Shown here: positions 46,556-56,825 of the stretch, piece after piece
Layout: the number at the start of each line of letters is the position of its first letter
How positions within the stretch are numbered: position 1 is the first letter of the stretch
DNA from: a virus
Lineage: Duplodnaviria > Caudoviricetes
Strand: one strand, 5' to 3'
Length of the DNA: 64,000 bases
Virus record (IMG/VR): IMGVR_UViG_2852574111_000002
Location: 1,316 to 65,315 of that record
Notes under the pieces: model-generated
What the model was told of the DNA's origin: nothing
Seen by the model: the letters and a program-made list of their open reading frames with translations, nothing else
The model's database searches: none
Program-made: the position numbers and the translations under genes

Positions 46556-47932
46556 TCAGGCCGACACGACCTGAAGGGCGAAGGCTTCGAAGTCGACGAC
46601 GTCGCCGCCGACGCGGGCACGGGTGTAGAACTCCACGAAGGGCTTCGAGGAGTAGGGATCGCGCAGCACGCGGATGCCGAGGCGGTCCACGACGGTGTAG
46701 CCGGCGCGGAAATCGCCGAACGCCACCGGCAGAGCACCGGCAGCGACGGCCGGCATGTCGTCGGCGCGGCGGATCGAGTGGCCGAGCAGCATCGAGGGCT
46801 GACCCTCCTGCAGGCCGGGCCGCCAGATGTACTGGCCCTGCTCGTCCTTAAAGAGCATCACCGAGGCCACGGTGCCGCGCTTCATCAGCCAGTTCGCGTT
46901 GGCCAGGTAGCGGTCCTTCAGGCTGAAGAGCAGCTGGATGAGACCATCGGGGGTGAGGCCGGTCGCGTTGCCGGACGCGACCTGCATGATCGTGCCACGG
47001 AGGCCGTTCGACCCCGATGGATAGGTCAGGATGCCGCGCGGCTTCTTGATGCCGTTGCCGGAGATGAAGGCCAGCGCGCGCATGCGCGCGAACTTCTCCG
47101 CCACCTTCCGGGACAGCCAGGCTTCGACGTCGATGCCAGCATCTTCGAGAAGCTGCTGGGTCGCCTTCGGCTTGGCGTACATCTCGTGAACCGGGATGCG
47201 CTGCACGCCGACCTGCGGGGTGCCGGTTTCCGGACGGGCATCGGTCTCGCCGACCCAGCCAGCGCCGGCTTCATCGGTGTCGATCGGGATCTCGAGCGCG
47301 TCGGTGGAGACGCTCTCGTGCGTGGCGAGTTCGTCGATCGGCGAGGTCTCATAGACCTTGGTGATGATTCGCGAGGACGTCGACGTCGGCACAAGATAGC
47401 CGCCATCGGGGTCCGAGCCGACCATCAGGGCCTTGTACTCGTCACTGTTGAAGCTCTTCTCGTCGCGGCGAAGCAGGTTCGGCCACATGTCCGCATAGGC
47501 CTTGTACTCGTCACGATTGACGGTCTCCGGCGTGAGGATCGTGGTCGACTTCAGTTCTCCGCGGCGCGCCAGCGCGACGCGCTTGAAGGCGATGGCCTCA
47601 TCGAGCAGCTTCTGGCCGGCATCGCCGCCGGCGCCGGGCCGATTGAGGCGCTTCTCGAAGCCATCGAGACGCTCGGCACCGGCCTTCGCTTCATCAATGA
47701 TCTTCTTGACCTGCGCCTCGATCGCCTCGTGCTTGGCCGCGATGCCCGTGGTGAGGGCCTCGAGGTCCTTCTTGAACTGCGGGCTCTCCAGCAGCTTGGC
47801 GCCGGACTCCTCCGCGAGCTTGCGGACGTCGGCGAGGTCCTTCTCCATGGTCTTCTTGAGCCCGGCGACATCGTCGCCAAACTTCTTCACTTCACGCTGC
47901 ACATCCTGCAGCACGTCATCGATCTCGGGCAT
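46556..47932 (-). CDS. Major capsid protein, HK97 family (helper)
   Basis: DGGYLVP, F.SGNG.KKP.G, YIW.PG, AFGDF..YTVVDR. Confidence 0.95.
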   Translation of the reverse strand: MPEIDDVLQDVQREVKKFGDDVAGLKKTMEKDLADVRKLAEESGAKLLESPQFKKDLEALTTGIAAKHEAIEAQVKKIIDEAKAGAERLDGFEKRLNRPGAGGDAGQKLLDEAIAFKRVALARRGELKSTTILTPETVNRDEYKAYADMWPNLLRRDEKSFNSDEYKALMVGSDPDGGYLVPTSTSSRIITKVYETSPIDELATHESVSTDALEIPIDTDEAGAGWVGETDARPETGTPQVGVQRIPVHEMYAKPKATQQLLEDAGIDVEAWLSRKVAEKFARMRALAFISGNGIKKPRGILTYPSGSNGLRGTIMQVASGNATGLTPDGLIQLLFSLKDRYLANANWLMKRGTVASVMLFKDEQGQYIWRPGLQEGQPSMLLGHSIRRADDMPAVAAGALPVAFGDFRAGYTVVDRLGIRVLRDPYSSKPFVEFYTRARVGGDVVDFEAFALQVVSA

Positions 47933-47955
47933 TTCGCCCTCCGTTGTGAGGTGGG

Positions 47956-48681
47956 TTATCGGATCTTGGAGCCTGCCGAGCGGATTTCCGCGAGCAGGGC
48001 GTCCAGGCTCTTGCTCGCCCCAGCCTCACGCTGTGCGATGCGCACCACCCGCGACACGAGCGCGGTGGCGGTTTTCCGGGAGAAGCCGCCTGCCTCGCGC
48101 AGGAGCCTCTCCGCGTCGGAAAGGGTCTGGATGTCATCGACCGACTTCACGGCATCGACGAGAGCATCCGGGTTCATGCCGAACAGCACGACGCTGACCT
48201 CCATGAGGTCGAGCCGCTTGATCGTGCGGTAGGGTTCCTCCGGCTTGGTGCCGATGGTGTATTCCTTGGCTCGGTAGCCGATCGACAGGCCGTCGAGCTC
48301 GCCTTCGCGCATCGCGGCGTGGATCATCTTGCCGCGCTCGCTCTCGGTGAACAGGCGGCCCTCGACGCGGAGGCCCACGCTGTCCTCGCTCATCTTGGTC
48401 CACTTACCGATCGGGACCATGTCTTCGGCGGAACCGGCCCAGCCGCCGCCATGCTGCAGCAGCATCTTCGGCAGCTTGCTCTTGGTCGCCCATTCCTTCA
48501 GCGTCGCCTTGAAGGCGCCGGGCTTGATGACGTCGCCGCCGTAATCCTCGACGTTGAACACCGAGCCGTAGCCTTCGAAGGTCCCGTCCGCCGCGCTGTC
48601 GGCGAACTTGACCTCGAAACGGACGTCCAGGCGGCCATCATCCTTCGGCGCGGTCTTGAACTGCACGGGATCACGGCTCAT
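47956..48681 (-). CDS. HK97 prohead protease (helper)
   Basis: FEGYGSVFN, LLQH, GLSIGY, LMEVSVV. Confidence 0.92.
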   Translation of the reverse strand: MSRDPVQFKTAPKDDGRLDVRFEVKFADSAADGTFEGYGSVFNVEDYGGDVIKPGAFKATLKEWATKSKLPKMLLQHGGGWAGSAEDMVPIGKWTKMSEDSVGLRVEGRLFTESERGKMIHAAMREGELDGLSIGYRAKEYTIGTKPEEPYRTIKRLDLMEVSVVLFGMNPDALVDAVKSVDDIQTLSDAERLLREAGGFSRKTATALVSRVVRIAQREAGASKSLDALLAEIRSAGSKIR

Positions 48682-49951
48682 CGCTCGGTCGCTCCTGCTT
48701 CGGCGGCGTCGCCATGGTGGGGGTTCCGTCTTCCTGCACGATCGCCGAGTTGGCGGGCATCCGCGGCCGGTGGAGCCCGGCCACATACGGCATGTCTTCG
48801 AACTCGCGCGGCTCCTCCGCCAGCATCCAGCCGGCGTCGATACCGGACTTGTAGAATTCAGCCCTGGTCTTGTGGTCGCCGCGCAGCAGCTCGGTATCGA
48901 CGAAGCGCATGTAGAGGCCCTTCCGACGCTCGTCCTTGGTGAGCAACCAGCGGTCCCCGCTCGATTCCAGACGGCGGTGCCAGGGCCTAACGGTGTGATT
49001 GTGATGCGCCAGCATCATCTGTTCGGACGAGGCGAAGGTCGCGTTCTTGTCGCCGGTGTAGCCGACCATGATCGGCAGCACGCCCATGGCCCGGCAGACC
49101 TCTTCGATCTGGAAGCCACGGGTTTGGATGTGCTGGGCATCTACGCCCGACATCTGCTGCGACTGCCATTTGGCCGCGCGGTCGAGGATCATCGTTCGGC
49201 CGGTGTTGTGGATGCCCTTGTAGTGAGCCTCGATCCACTTCCGGTAGAACTTGAAGCCGCTTTCATCGATCGTGCCGTCGATCGACACAATGCCGCCCGG
49301 CCGGGCGCCGTTAGCATGCATGCGGGCGTGACTGGCCTCGGTCGCGATGGCGAGCCCGAGAGCCTCGCGGGCAAGCTTGAGCGTCTCCAGCCCCATGAAG
49401 CCGTTCCAGGAGCCGCCACGGATGTGCCAGATCTCCCTCGACGTGAAGGTCTGGCGGGCGCCGTCCGGGGCCGTGACCGTGTACGAGAGGCTCCAATCCG
49501 GATTTTGCGTCACATCGACGTGGCCGGGCTGAAAGGGGATCAGCTCCACCACCTCACCACGCACCCGATTTACGAACACATAGGCGTTGCGGCAGATCGC
49601 AAGGTGGAGGCCGATGGTCTCGCGGAATTCGAAGCCGGACTGAAACTCGTTCGGCTCCGTCGACATGATGTCGGTGAGCGGGTGCTCCGGCTCCTCCCGC
49701 CGTTCCACACGGTTGCCGACCGGCACCTTCCGGTACGGCTTGAACGGAACCGAACAGATGCTTTCAGCTATGATCGAAGCGCAGCGAAGCGCGGTGGTGA
49801 CCTCGAGCGCGCGTTTCCACGTCACCGTGATGCCCGAGGCGGACTGATGCCCCCCGAAAAGATCGCTCCAGATTTCTTCCGCGGCGCCGTATCGCGTGCC
49901 GGAATCGTCCTTGGCCTCGGCTCCCAGCACACTCGACAGAAAGCCACGCAT
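48671..49951 (-). CDS. Portal protein, HK97 family (helper)
   Basis: NGARPGG, DAQ.I.TR.FQIEEVCR..GV.P, LLRGD.KTR. Confidence 0.93.
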   Translation of the reverse strand: MRGFLSSVLGAEAKDDSGTRYGAAEEIWSDLFGGHQSASGITVTWKRALEVTTALRCASIIAESICSVPFKPYRKVPVGNRVERREEPEHPLTDIMSTEPNEFQSGFEFRETIGLHLAICRNAYVFVNRVRGEVVELIPFQPGHVDVTQNPDWSLSYTVTAPDGARQTFTSREIWHIRGGSWNGFMGLETLKLAREALGLAIATEASHARMHANGARPGGIVSIDGTIDESGFKFYRKWIEAHYKGIHNTGRTMILDRAAKWQSQQMSGVDAQHIQTRGFQIEEVCRAMGVLPIMVGYTGDKNATFASSEQMMLAHHNHTVRPWHRRLESSGDRWLLTKDERRKGLYMRFVDTELLRGDHKTRAEFYKSGIDAGWMLAEEPREFEDMPYVAGLHRPRMPANSAIVQEDGTPTMATPPKQERPSDEP

Positions 49952-50136
49952 CAGCTGCGCCTCGCACCGAGCACGGCCACTACGACGAACGCCATGCCTG
50001 CCGCGATGAGCGCCGACGGCAAGTGCATCATCGAGATGCCAGCCACCACGAGCGCTACGCCAAGCAGAGCAAGCGCGTCCCACACGATCGTGCTGGCCCC
50101 CAACGCGGCGGGGGCGCCTTCAGCATCGTCCGCCAT
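49951..50136 (-). CDS. Small 2-TM protein between terL and portal
   Basis: Hydrophobic 61-aa ORF coupled to the portal start. Confidence 0.6.
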   Translation of the reverse strand: MADDAEGAPAALGASTIVWDALALLGVALVVAGISMMHLPSALIAAGMAFVVVAVLGARRS

Positions 50137-50138
50137 GA

Positions 50139-52010
50139 TCAATCTCCAAGAAGGCGCTCGACCGCGTCTTCCGACTCCCAGAAGGAGCGGCCCTTTGGCT
50201 TCACGTTCTTGCTGGCGAACCCGGTGGCCATGGCGATGGTGACCATGCCGTCGATGCGTCCACGCGACCGCGTCTTGTCGAAGGCGCGATTGTTCATGCC
50301 GTCGGCGATGACGTGCGCGTTCGCGGCGCAGGAATAGGTCAGCGGCGAAGCGTCGATCAGGATGGTCTTGTTCAGGATCCGGTCTTCTAGCGTCTCGATA
50401 GACCGCGGCATGCACAGGCGCTCAATAGGCTTCTTCTGTTCGTCCAGCTGCTTGTAAAACAACACCTTCTTGCCCTGCCCGTGCGGCACCAGCATCAGCC
50501 CGGTCCCGCGGATCGTTTCGGGGCCTTCATAAAGCCAGGCGGGGAATCCTATGTCCTCGCAGGCGTCCATGAACTCCCCGATGCCGGCGGGATCGAATGC
50601 CAACCCCTGCACGTCGTGGGCGGCACAGAGCTTCGCTACCAGCGCGGCGACGAAGCTCTTGTCGATCACAGCGCCATCAACGGCGACCAAATGACCTTCC
50701 AGCACCCAGCGGTCGTAAGGCGCCTGATCCGCCTTCACTCGCTCTTCAAGGCCGTCCTTCGTCGTCCAATACCAGGTCTTGGCGAAGAGCTTCCCGTCCT
50801 TCAGCCACACCGCCGTCAGGGCAGTGAGGTCGTTCTTTTGCGACAGGTCGAGGGACAGCCAGCAGGGGCAGCCCTTGAACTCGTCCGGATCGACCTTGCC
50901 TTGAACCGCGGCCCAGGCTTCCTCGGCAATCCAGAACTCGGTCGCGCCGATCGGGATGCCGAAGTAGAGGCGCTTGAGCGCCAACGCCGTCGAGAGCATC
51001 GACTTGGCGGTTTTAACCTGGCCGCGGATGTTCTCGATTGGAAAGGTGACGCCGAGGGCCGGCAAAGCCTTCGGCCAACAACCTTCGTTGTCGAAGACGT
51101 TCTCTCGATCCGCCTTGTCTACGCGCGCGACGAAGGCGAACGCCTCATCGTCGTCCACTTCGCCTTGCGCGACCTTCTGGTAGAACTCGGAATATTCGGT
51201 ACCGACGAGCTGCGTCGACGAGGGCGTGTTCGTGCCGAGCAACATGAGGGCATCGCCCGGCATCTTCGCTATGGCAGCCTTCCACAGCTCGATCGAGGTG
51301 TTGTTCTTGAACTCGTGGATTTCGTCCGCTGCGACCAAGGTAGGCTTGGGGCCAGAGATCGCCTCGCCGTTGGCGAGCGACTGGAAGATGGACTCGCTCT
51401 CCGGGAATTCCAGCTTCCAAGCGTTGTCGCCTTCGCCACGGACGACGACGTGCCCGTTGGCGACGAGCGTATCGTCTTCATCTCCACCGGGAATCGGCGC
51501 CCGGCACATGGCAACGGCGTCCTTGAACAACACGTTCGCGGTGTTTTTGTCCTGTCCGATGGCGAACGCACGCGCTCTGTGGATGCCATAGAAGCCGGTC
51601 ATGTACAGCCCGGTGGCCGCCATGAACGGGCTCTTCGCCTGACCCTTCCCCGTTTCCAGCCAACCGCTGCGGAACCGCATGCGTCCGCTGGACTTACGCC
51701 AACCGAAGAGCGAGCCGGCCACGAAGGTGTGCCAGGGGAGCAGATTGAACGGCTCACCGACCTTCGCACCTTCGGTAATCGTGAGCATCGCCGGGTAAAA
51801 GCCCAGCGCATGCGCGGCTTTCTCCGGCCGCCAATGAAGGTCTCGTGCCTTTCCGTCCTTCAGATCCCGCAGGTGACGTTCGGCGGCATGACGCACCAGT
51901 TCGCCAGCGACAATCCGGCCCTCGACGGTGTCACGTGCCCAACGGGTCGTTGGATCACTTGGATAGGGTGCCGAGGTAGTTGTCCGCGGCGCGCGGGGCT
52001 TTTTTGCCAC
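50139..52010 (-). CDS. terL: Terminase large subunit (helper)
   Basis: GKGQAKS, AADEIHE, LDLSQKNDLT, RIDG. Confidence 0.93.
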   Translation of the reverse strand: MAKKPRAPRTTTSAPYPSDPTTRWARDTVEGRIVAGELVRHAAERHLRDLKDGKARDLHWRPEKAAHALGFYPAMLTITEGAKVGEPFNLLPWHTFVAGSLFGWRKSSGRMRFRSGWLETGKGQAKSPFMAATGLYMTGFYGIHRARAFAIGQDKNTANVLFKDAVAMCRAPIPGGDEDDTLVANGHVVVRGEGDNAWKLEFPESESIFQSLANGEAISGPKPTLVAADEIHEFKNNTSIELWKAAIAKMPGDALMLLGTNTPSSTQLVGTEYSEFYQKVAQGEVDDDEAFAFVARVDKADRENVFDNEGCWPKALPALGVTFPIENIRGQVKTAKSMLSTALALKRLYFGIPIGATEFWIAEEAWAAVQGKVDPDEFKGCPCWLSLDLSQKNDLTALTAVWLKDGKLFAKTWYWTTKDGLEERVKADQAPYDRWVLEGHLVAVDGAVIDKSFVAALVAKLCAAHDVQGLAFDPAGIGEFMDACEDIGFPAWLYEGPETIRGTGLMLVPHGQGKKVLFYKQLDEQKKPIERLCMPRSIETLEDRILNKTILIDASPLTYSCAANAHVIADGMNNRAFDKTRSRGRIDGMVTIAMATGFASKNVKPKGRSFWESEDAVERLLGD

Positions 52011-52392
52011 GTTGCACCTTCCCGGCCTTGTTGCGACGGACGGGCGCGATGCCGAGTTCAGCTTCGAGCACCCGGATGTGCTCGTCCGCCTGTCGCATGA
52101 TTGTCCAGTACGGGCTGACCTGCGGGACCTTCGTACGCCGAGCCTTCAGGATGGTCCCGTGCTCAGCGATCTGCCGGGATGCCCGCCGATACTCGACGTA
52201 GAATTCGACCAGGCGCTGCATGGCGTGGCCGTTCACCATCGCCAGAGTACCGGCCTCCTTCATCTCGCGCTCGATGATGCCCCAGCGCTCATGCGCTTCG
52301 ACAATGTCGAGCTCATCGGCGAACTGAGAGGTCCAATCCGGCTCCGGCGGGACGCCGTCGCCGCCAGCCACGGAGGTAAGTTTCATGCTCAT
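51955..52392 (-). CDS. terS: Terminase small subunit, P27 family (helper)
   Basis: PPEPDW, E.W..I, ELGI.P..R. Confidence 0.85.
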   Translation of the reverse strand: MSMKLTSVAGGDGVPPEPDWTSQFADELDIVEAHERWGIIEREMKEAGTLAMVNGHAMQRLVEFYVEYRRASRQIAEHGTILKARRTKVPQVSPYWTIMRQADEHIRVLEAELGIAPVRRNKAGKVQRGKKAPRAADNYLGTLSK

Positions 52393-52444
52393 CCCCTACG
52401 GGGATGACCGAAACCCCCCTTTCTAAATTTCCTCGCAGTGCGAA

Positions 52445-52466
52445 CGGAGGACCCTGTGCGGTCCGG
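52445..52466. other. Putative cosN core of the helper
   Basis: CGGAGGACCCTGTGCGGTCCGG, dyad GGACC-N6-GGTCC, between HNH and terS with a G-tract upstream on the minus strand. Confidence 0.68.
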
Positions 52467-52504
52467 CCCCCAGCCGGCCTAGAGATCTACTACCCCCCCG
52501 GGGT

Positions 52505-52852
52505 TCAGCGGCGGATGTTCCAGGGATGGGTTGGATCAAGCGGCCGACCATCGACCGTGCATCCGCGCATGCCACCATCGCCCCGCTCTTCGCGCTGCTT
52601 CGTGCTGTTGTGATGAGGCTCACAGAGCGGCTGCCAGTTGTTCTTGTCCCAGAACAACTTGCGTGCCTTGGCGATCTCGTCAGGCGTTTTCGCTTCGGCG
52701 AGGCGGTGAGGCACGACGTGGTCCACGATCGTTGCCTTCGTCCGCTCGCCCTGCCGAGCGCACCGGATGCACCATTCATGGGTGCGCAGGAACTCCTTGC
52801 GCGCCTTGTCCCACTTGCTGTCGTAGCCCCGCTGGCGCGCTCCTGGGCGCAC
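52505..52852 (-). CDS. HNH endonuclease (helper)
   Basis: RGYDSKW, C..C..IVDHVVPH, NWQPLC..HH. Confidence 0.9.
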   Translation of the reverse strand: MRPGARQRGYDSKWDKARKEFLRTHEWCIRCARQGERTKATIVDHVVPHRLAEAKTPDEIAKARKLFWDKNNWQPLCEPHHNSTKQREERGDGGMRGCTVDGRPLDPTHPWNIRR

Positions 52853-53179
52853 GGTTCAGGACTCCCGCTCGGCGATGCCACACCGCCACTTCACGACACG
52901 CCAAACCGGGTGCTGCATCGCCCATTCATTCATGGCTGCGGTTCATTCCATTGGCAGAGCCGTGCGGGCCTCGGTGGCCACGCGCGCCTCACGGCAGGCA
53001 TCGGGACTGGCCAGCAGGCAGACGGTGAGGATAAGGCGATCGGTAAACCCGAACGAGACGCGCTAAAGGTTCGGATCATCCTGAAATAATTATCGTGTAG
53101 CGGGTGCGGCTAAGAACGCCAGCTCAGCTTCACGACTCGGCAACGTGATGCCGCATCATTCAACGATAAAACGCCAAGC

Positions 53180-53749
53180 TTACGGCTTAGAAGGAGGATC
53201 AAAAGTATGCCCCGGAAGATATCCCTTTCCGATCGGCCATTCATTATTCTTCAGATATTCGCCGTAGCCGTTAACATTTAAAAACTTCGCAACCCCCGAC
53301 GACCCATCGTAATTGATCTTCATCGAAAGCTTAACTTGATCAAGAGAACGCTCAATTCGTTCAAGCCCGGATTGAATTGCGCGTATTGCCTCTGACTTGG
53401 ACCCATCCGCGTAGACAAGCTTCTCGATCTTATCTGCAACCTTTTCTGCAAAGAGTTCCTGGCCGTCGTTGAACCGACGCACTTCGCCGATCAAGCGGTC
53501 ATCGACTGCCCGTACCGATGCGGTCAATCCGTCGACCGATGCTTGCAGGTTTTGGGTAGAGCGAGCCAGGCTCTCTTGCAGCGTCGTGATCGATTGTTCC
53601 AGTCCTCTGTATGACTTGTCAGCGACGTAGTTGGCCACGCCCCACGACACGACGGAAGCCGTGGCAGTCGCCCCGACAATTCCGATAATCACACGGGCCC
53701 AAGTAAAGAAGCCCTTCACGTCGTCGAGAATCCCCATTTGGGCGCTCAA
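53180..53749 (-). CDS. Single-TM coiled-coil hypothetical protein (moron)
   Basis: AT-richer; N-terminal TM helix then heptads. Confidence 0.65.
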   Translation of the reverse strand: MSAQMGILDDVKGFFTWARVIIGIVGATATASVVSWGVANYVADKSYRGLEQSITTLQESLARSTQNLQASVDGLTASVRAVDDRLIGEVRRFNDGQELFAEKVADKIEKLVYADGSKSEAIRAIQSGLERIERSLDQVKLSMKINYDGSSGVAKFLNVNGYGEYLKNNEWPIGKGYLPGHTFDPPSKP

Positions 53750-54222
53750 ATTCTGATGGTCTTAAGTACCGATAGCACCTAACGATGGCTGTCGGAAGGC
53801 ACATGCTAATCGAGCCGTAGCGCTCGGTCCTGGGCCCCCAGAAGGTCTCTCCGGCGATTGACAATTCGTCTCGGGATCGAGCCGTACCGACCCTCGAGGC
53901 CACCGAAACGTAAGCTCCCGCTGCCCTACCAGCCGCAGGCACATTTCCTTCCGATCAAGGATTTCGTCGGCAATTAGGACTGATTTGCTCGATCTACGCT
54001 AGAGGGTGCTCGCGGCTTGCGCACCTATTTGGACGTGATGACGAGCTTCCTTCCTCGTGCGGCCTCTCCGTTCGCCACAAACGGGCAAGCTCGCCTAAGC
54101 CGGCTTCAGGACCTGTAGACGCGCGAAGTCGATCTCGGCACTACGAATTGCGTCGCCCGCTGGACGAGGACTGTCAGCCCTGCGACCTTGCTAAGCTCTG
54201 GCTTTCAACAGCGGAGGGATTC

Positions 54223-54651
54223 ATGGCGACAATGTCCGTCCTCCTGAGAACCCTGCCCGACACCGAAGCCGCGGTAGGGCGTTCAGGCACCCACACGATC
54301 GTGGTGGACAGGCCAGCGGGCAAGGCCGGCGGCCAGGGGCTCGGCTTCAATGGAGGCGAGTTGCTCGCCCTCGCAATCGGCGGGTGCCTCTGCAACGACC
54401 TGCAGTATGTCGCTCATGAGATGGGCGTGGCACTGGCTTCGATCGCCGTCGATGTTGAGGTGACGTTTGAAGGCACCCCGGTCCTCGCTACCTCTGCTTC
54501 GGTAACCGTTGATGTGAGTGCCCGCGACCAAGACGCTGACATCGATGAGGTGGTCCGCAAGGCGATCGCGAGCTCAACGGTGAGCAATTCAATACAGCGA
54601 GGCGTTGCCGTTCGCACGTCTGTGCGCCTCAGCCCGGAGCGGGGAGCTTAG
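54223..54651 (+). CDS. OsmC-like family protein
   Basis: GGQGLGFNGGELL.LAIGGC; RBS GGAGG. Confidence 0.82.
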   Translation: MATMSVLLRTLPDTEAAVGRSGTHTIVVDRPAGKAGGQGLGFNGGELLALAIGGCLCNDLQYVAHEMGVALASIAVDVEVTFEGTPVLATSASVTVDVSARDQDADIDEVVRKAIASSTVSNSIQRGVAVRTSVRLSPERGA

Positions 54652-54740
54652 CGCGTAACGGATGGATGAGGTATGATCTTTAAAACCCGCCGCGTGCGGC
54701 GAGTCTATGATTGTACAGATTGAAGTCACCGCGCCTGCGT

Positions 54741-55655
54741 CTAACGCGCTCTCACATACAGATTGTCATCGTCGCGCTGATAGCCGCCGATGGCAGCGGC
54801 GACAGCAGCGATGAATGCCCCGACCATCATCGAGAGTGCAGCAAGGAGGGCGAAGGTCGCACTCGCCTTGCGGGCCGTATCCGCTGCTTCCTGTGCCTTC
54901 ACCTTGGCGTCGTTCACCTGCTTCAGCACAGCATCGACCCGCGCCGTGGCGTCAGCCTCGGAAAGTCCTGTCCGCGCCGCTACTAACTGGCCAAGATAGG
55001 CTTTGTCGCCGGCCGAAACCTCTCCCGCGGCCGCACTGGCCAAGAGGATCCGGGAGGCCTGTGCCGCCGCTGCAGCGTCGCCCTCGGGTCCAGGTGCCGC
55101 TGTTTGAGCAGGATTGCTTGGGCGGAACAACGCATCCACAAAATAGGCGGTCGCGTTTGAACCCTCCTCGGAACCAGCATTCGACGTCGAACCGGCCGAA
55201 GCGCCCACCGCAGCGCCGGAGGCGATCGTCGATGCAGCCTGCACGCCGGTGCTGACCGTCGACGAAATAGCGGAGCCTAGAACCGACACGACGAGCAGAG
55301 TGGCGAGCGCCCAGGCCAGAAAGCCATGGGCGGTATCGCGAAACATCGCCTCGCCGGTCTTGGGTCCGGTCCACTTCGTCCGTAGGCGGCCGGTGAGATA
55401 GCCTCCTAGCCCGGACGAAAGCCACTGGACGACGACCAGCCAGATGGCCGTCGAGACCGCGAAAGTCGTAACGCTTGCGCTCTCGTTGACCCACGGAGAA
55501 ACCATGGTGAGCCCGATGCCGGAGCCAACCAGCATCAGAACGAATGTCAAAGCCGAAGCGGCAACGGCGCCCGCAATGACTGGTCCCCAACTTACAGCGG
55601 ATGAAGACGATTCAACCGTCGCCGCGGTCGTCGTCGCTGAATATGTCTCGGCCAT
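54741..55655 (-). CDS. Conserved multi-TM membrane protein
   Basis: SAVSWG.VIAGA, GGYLTGRLR.KW, FRDTAHG.LAWA; RBS GGAG. Confidence 0.8.
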   Translation of the reverse strand: MAETYSATTTAATVESSSSAVSWGPVIAGAVAASALTFVLMLVGSGIGLTMVSPWVNESASVTTFAVSTAIWLVVVQWLSSGLGGYLTGRLRTKWTGPKTGEAMFRDTAHGFLAWALATLLVVSVLGSAISSTVSTGVQAASTIASGAAVGASAGSTSNAGSEEGSNATAYFVDALFRPSNPAQTAAPGPEGDAAAAAQASRILLASAAAGEVSAGDKAYLGQLVAARTGLSEADATARVDAVLKQVNDAKVKAQEAADTARKASATFALLAALSMMVGAFIAAVAAAIGGYQRDDDNLYVRAR

Positions 55656-55755
55656 GGATTTCCTCCTGACTGAACAGCGCGAGAGCGTGTCATGGAGGGG
55701 CCCAGGATCGCCGACGTGCCGGCGGTTTCACCGCTCGTGAAGCACCGCGCCTGAT

Positions 55756-55781
55756 AACAGGAGGATGGTTACGAAGGTTCC
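55756..55781 (-). promoter_or_regulatory. Putative EcfG (general stress sigma) promoter
   Basis: GGAAC-N18-GTT on the minus strand about 100 nt upstream of the membrane protein gene. Confidence 0.45.
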
Positions 55782-55892
55782 TTGGGCATATGTGCCCTTC
55801 GCACATGAAAACGCCCGCTGACCTGAAGGCCGCGGGCGCAAATCACTGACATTGACAGAATATCGCACTTCTCATTCCATCGGGCAAGCGGC

Positions 55893-56810
55893 TTACGCGC
55901 CGGCCAGTGCGTCTTCCACCTTTTCCCAGAGGTCGCGGCGGACGGTCGCTTGCTCGCCTTCCTCGTCACGCCACGCCTTCACCTTCGCCTTCCGCTCCAC
56001 GTTACGCCCCGGGATCTTGTAGAAGTCCGCGAGGTGGTCGAGCGCGATCTTCAACACGTCGATCAAGACGGCGCTCCGCTGTGCTGCGTTCTTGCGCGCC
56101 ACCAGCTTGAGCGCGATGTCCTCGATCCTGTCGCCGGCGAGTTCGCCCTCGATGACAACCGCGACAACGAACGGCGCGAACCGGTGGCCGAGATACACCA
56201 CCGCCTGACGCCACCTATGGCGGGCCGCAGCCTGACGCTCAGACGCAGGCATGCTGCCAGCGACGTACCCACTCCCGCCGCCGCTGGACCGGCTATGATC
56301 GATGGAGGCGACCGGCGAAAGGCCGGCATCGTACCAATCGTCGAGGAAGCGCTGGGCAGCATCAGCCTGCCGCTGGATCAGGCTCTTACGGGAGATGAGC
56401 ACTTCCAGCGGCGATGACGTCACGCGCGTCGCCCGGCCGGCCTTTACCACCGCCACGGCATCCGCCTTCACCAGACGCTCCATCGGCGCCGTGTCTTCCT
56501 TCACCTCACCCCCGAAGTAGCGGCGCATTTCCTCCCGCTTCTCGCGGCCGTCCAGGTCGACGGCCTTGCGCACATGCCGCTGGCGCTTTTCCCTGGCGAT
56601 GACGGCCGACTTGGCATCTGCCGCCGAAGCCTCGCGGCGATCCATCCGCTCGATCGCCGCGTCCACCGGCGCAATCTGTTCCTTCGGCTCTGCCCGAGCC
56701 CGACGGGCCGCCGCCTTCCGCGCCGCATGGCTTTTCAGGTCCACCCTTGCCAGTCGCGTTTCGCTCACGTCGATCCGCACCGCCGGCTTCTTCGTCTCTT
56801 TCGCCACCAT
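55893..56810 (-). CDS. DUF6456-like protein, putative late transcription activator
   Basis: SPL..L..RK.L..RQ.DAA.RF..DW; last early gene before the late operon. Confidence 0.65.
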   Translation of the reverse strand: MVAKETKKPAVRIDVSETRLARVDLKSHAARKAAARRARAEPKEQIAPVDAAIERMDRREASAADAKSAVIAREKRQRHVRKAVDLDGREKREEMRRYFGGEVKEDTAPMERLVKADAVAVVKAGRATRVTSSPLEVLISRKSLIQRQADAAQRFLDDWYDAGLSPVASIDHSRSSGGGSGYVAGSMPASERQAAARHRWRQAVVYLGHRFAPFVVAVVIEGELAGDRIEDIALKLVARKNAAQRSAVLIDVLKIALDHLADFYKIPGRNVERKAKVKAWRDEEGEQATVRRDLWEKVEDALAGA

Positions 56811-56825
56811 CGTCCCTCTCCGCCG

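Noticed and set aside
53750-54150. Possible pseudogene or ncRNA in the gap before the OsmC-like gene
   Set aside because: No recognisable ORF, motif or stable repeat structure
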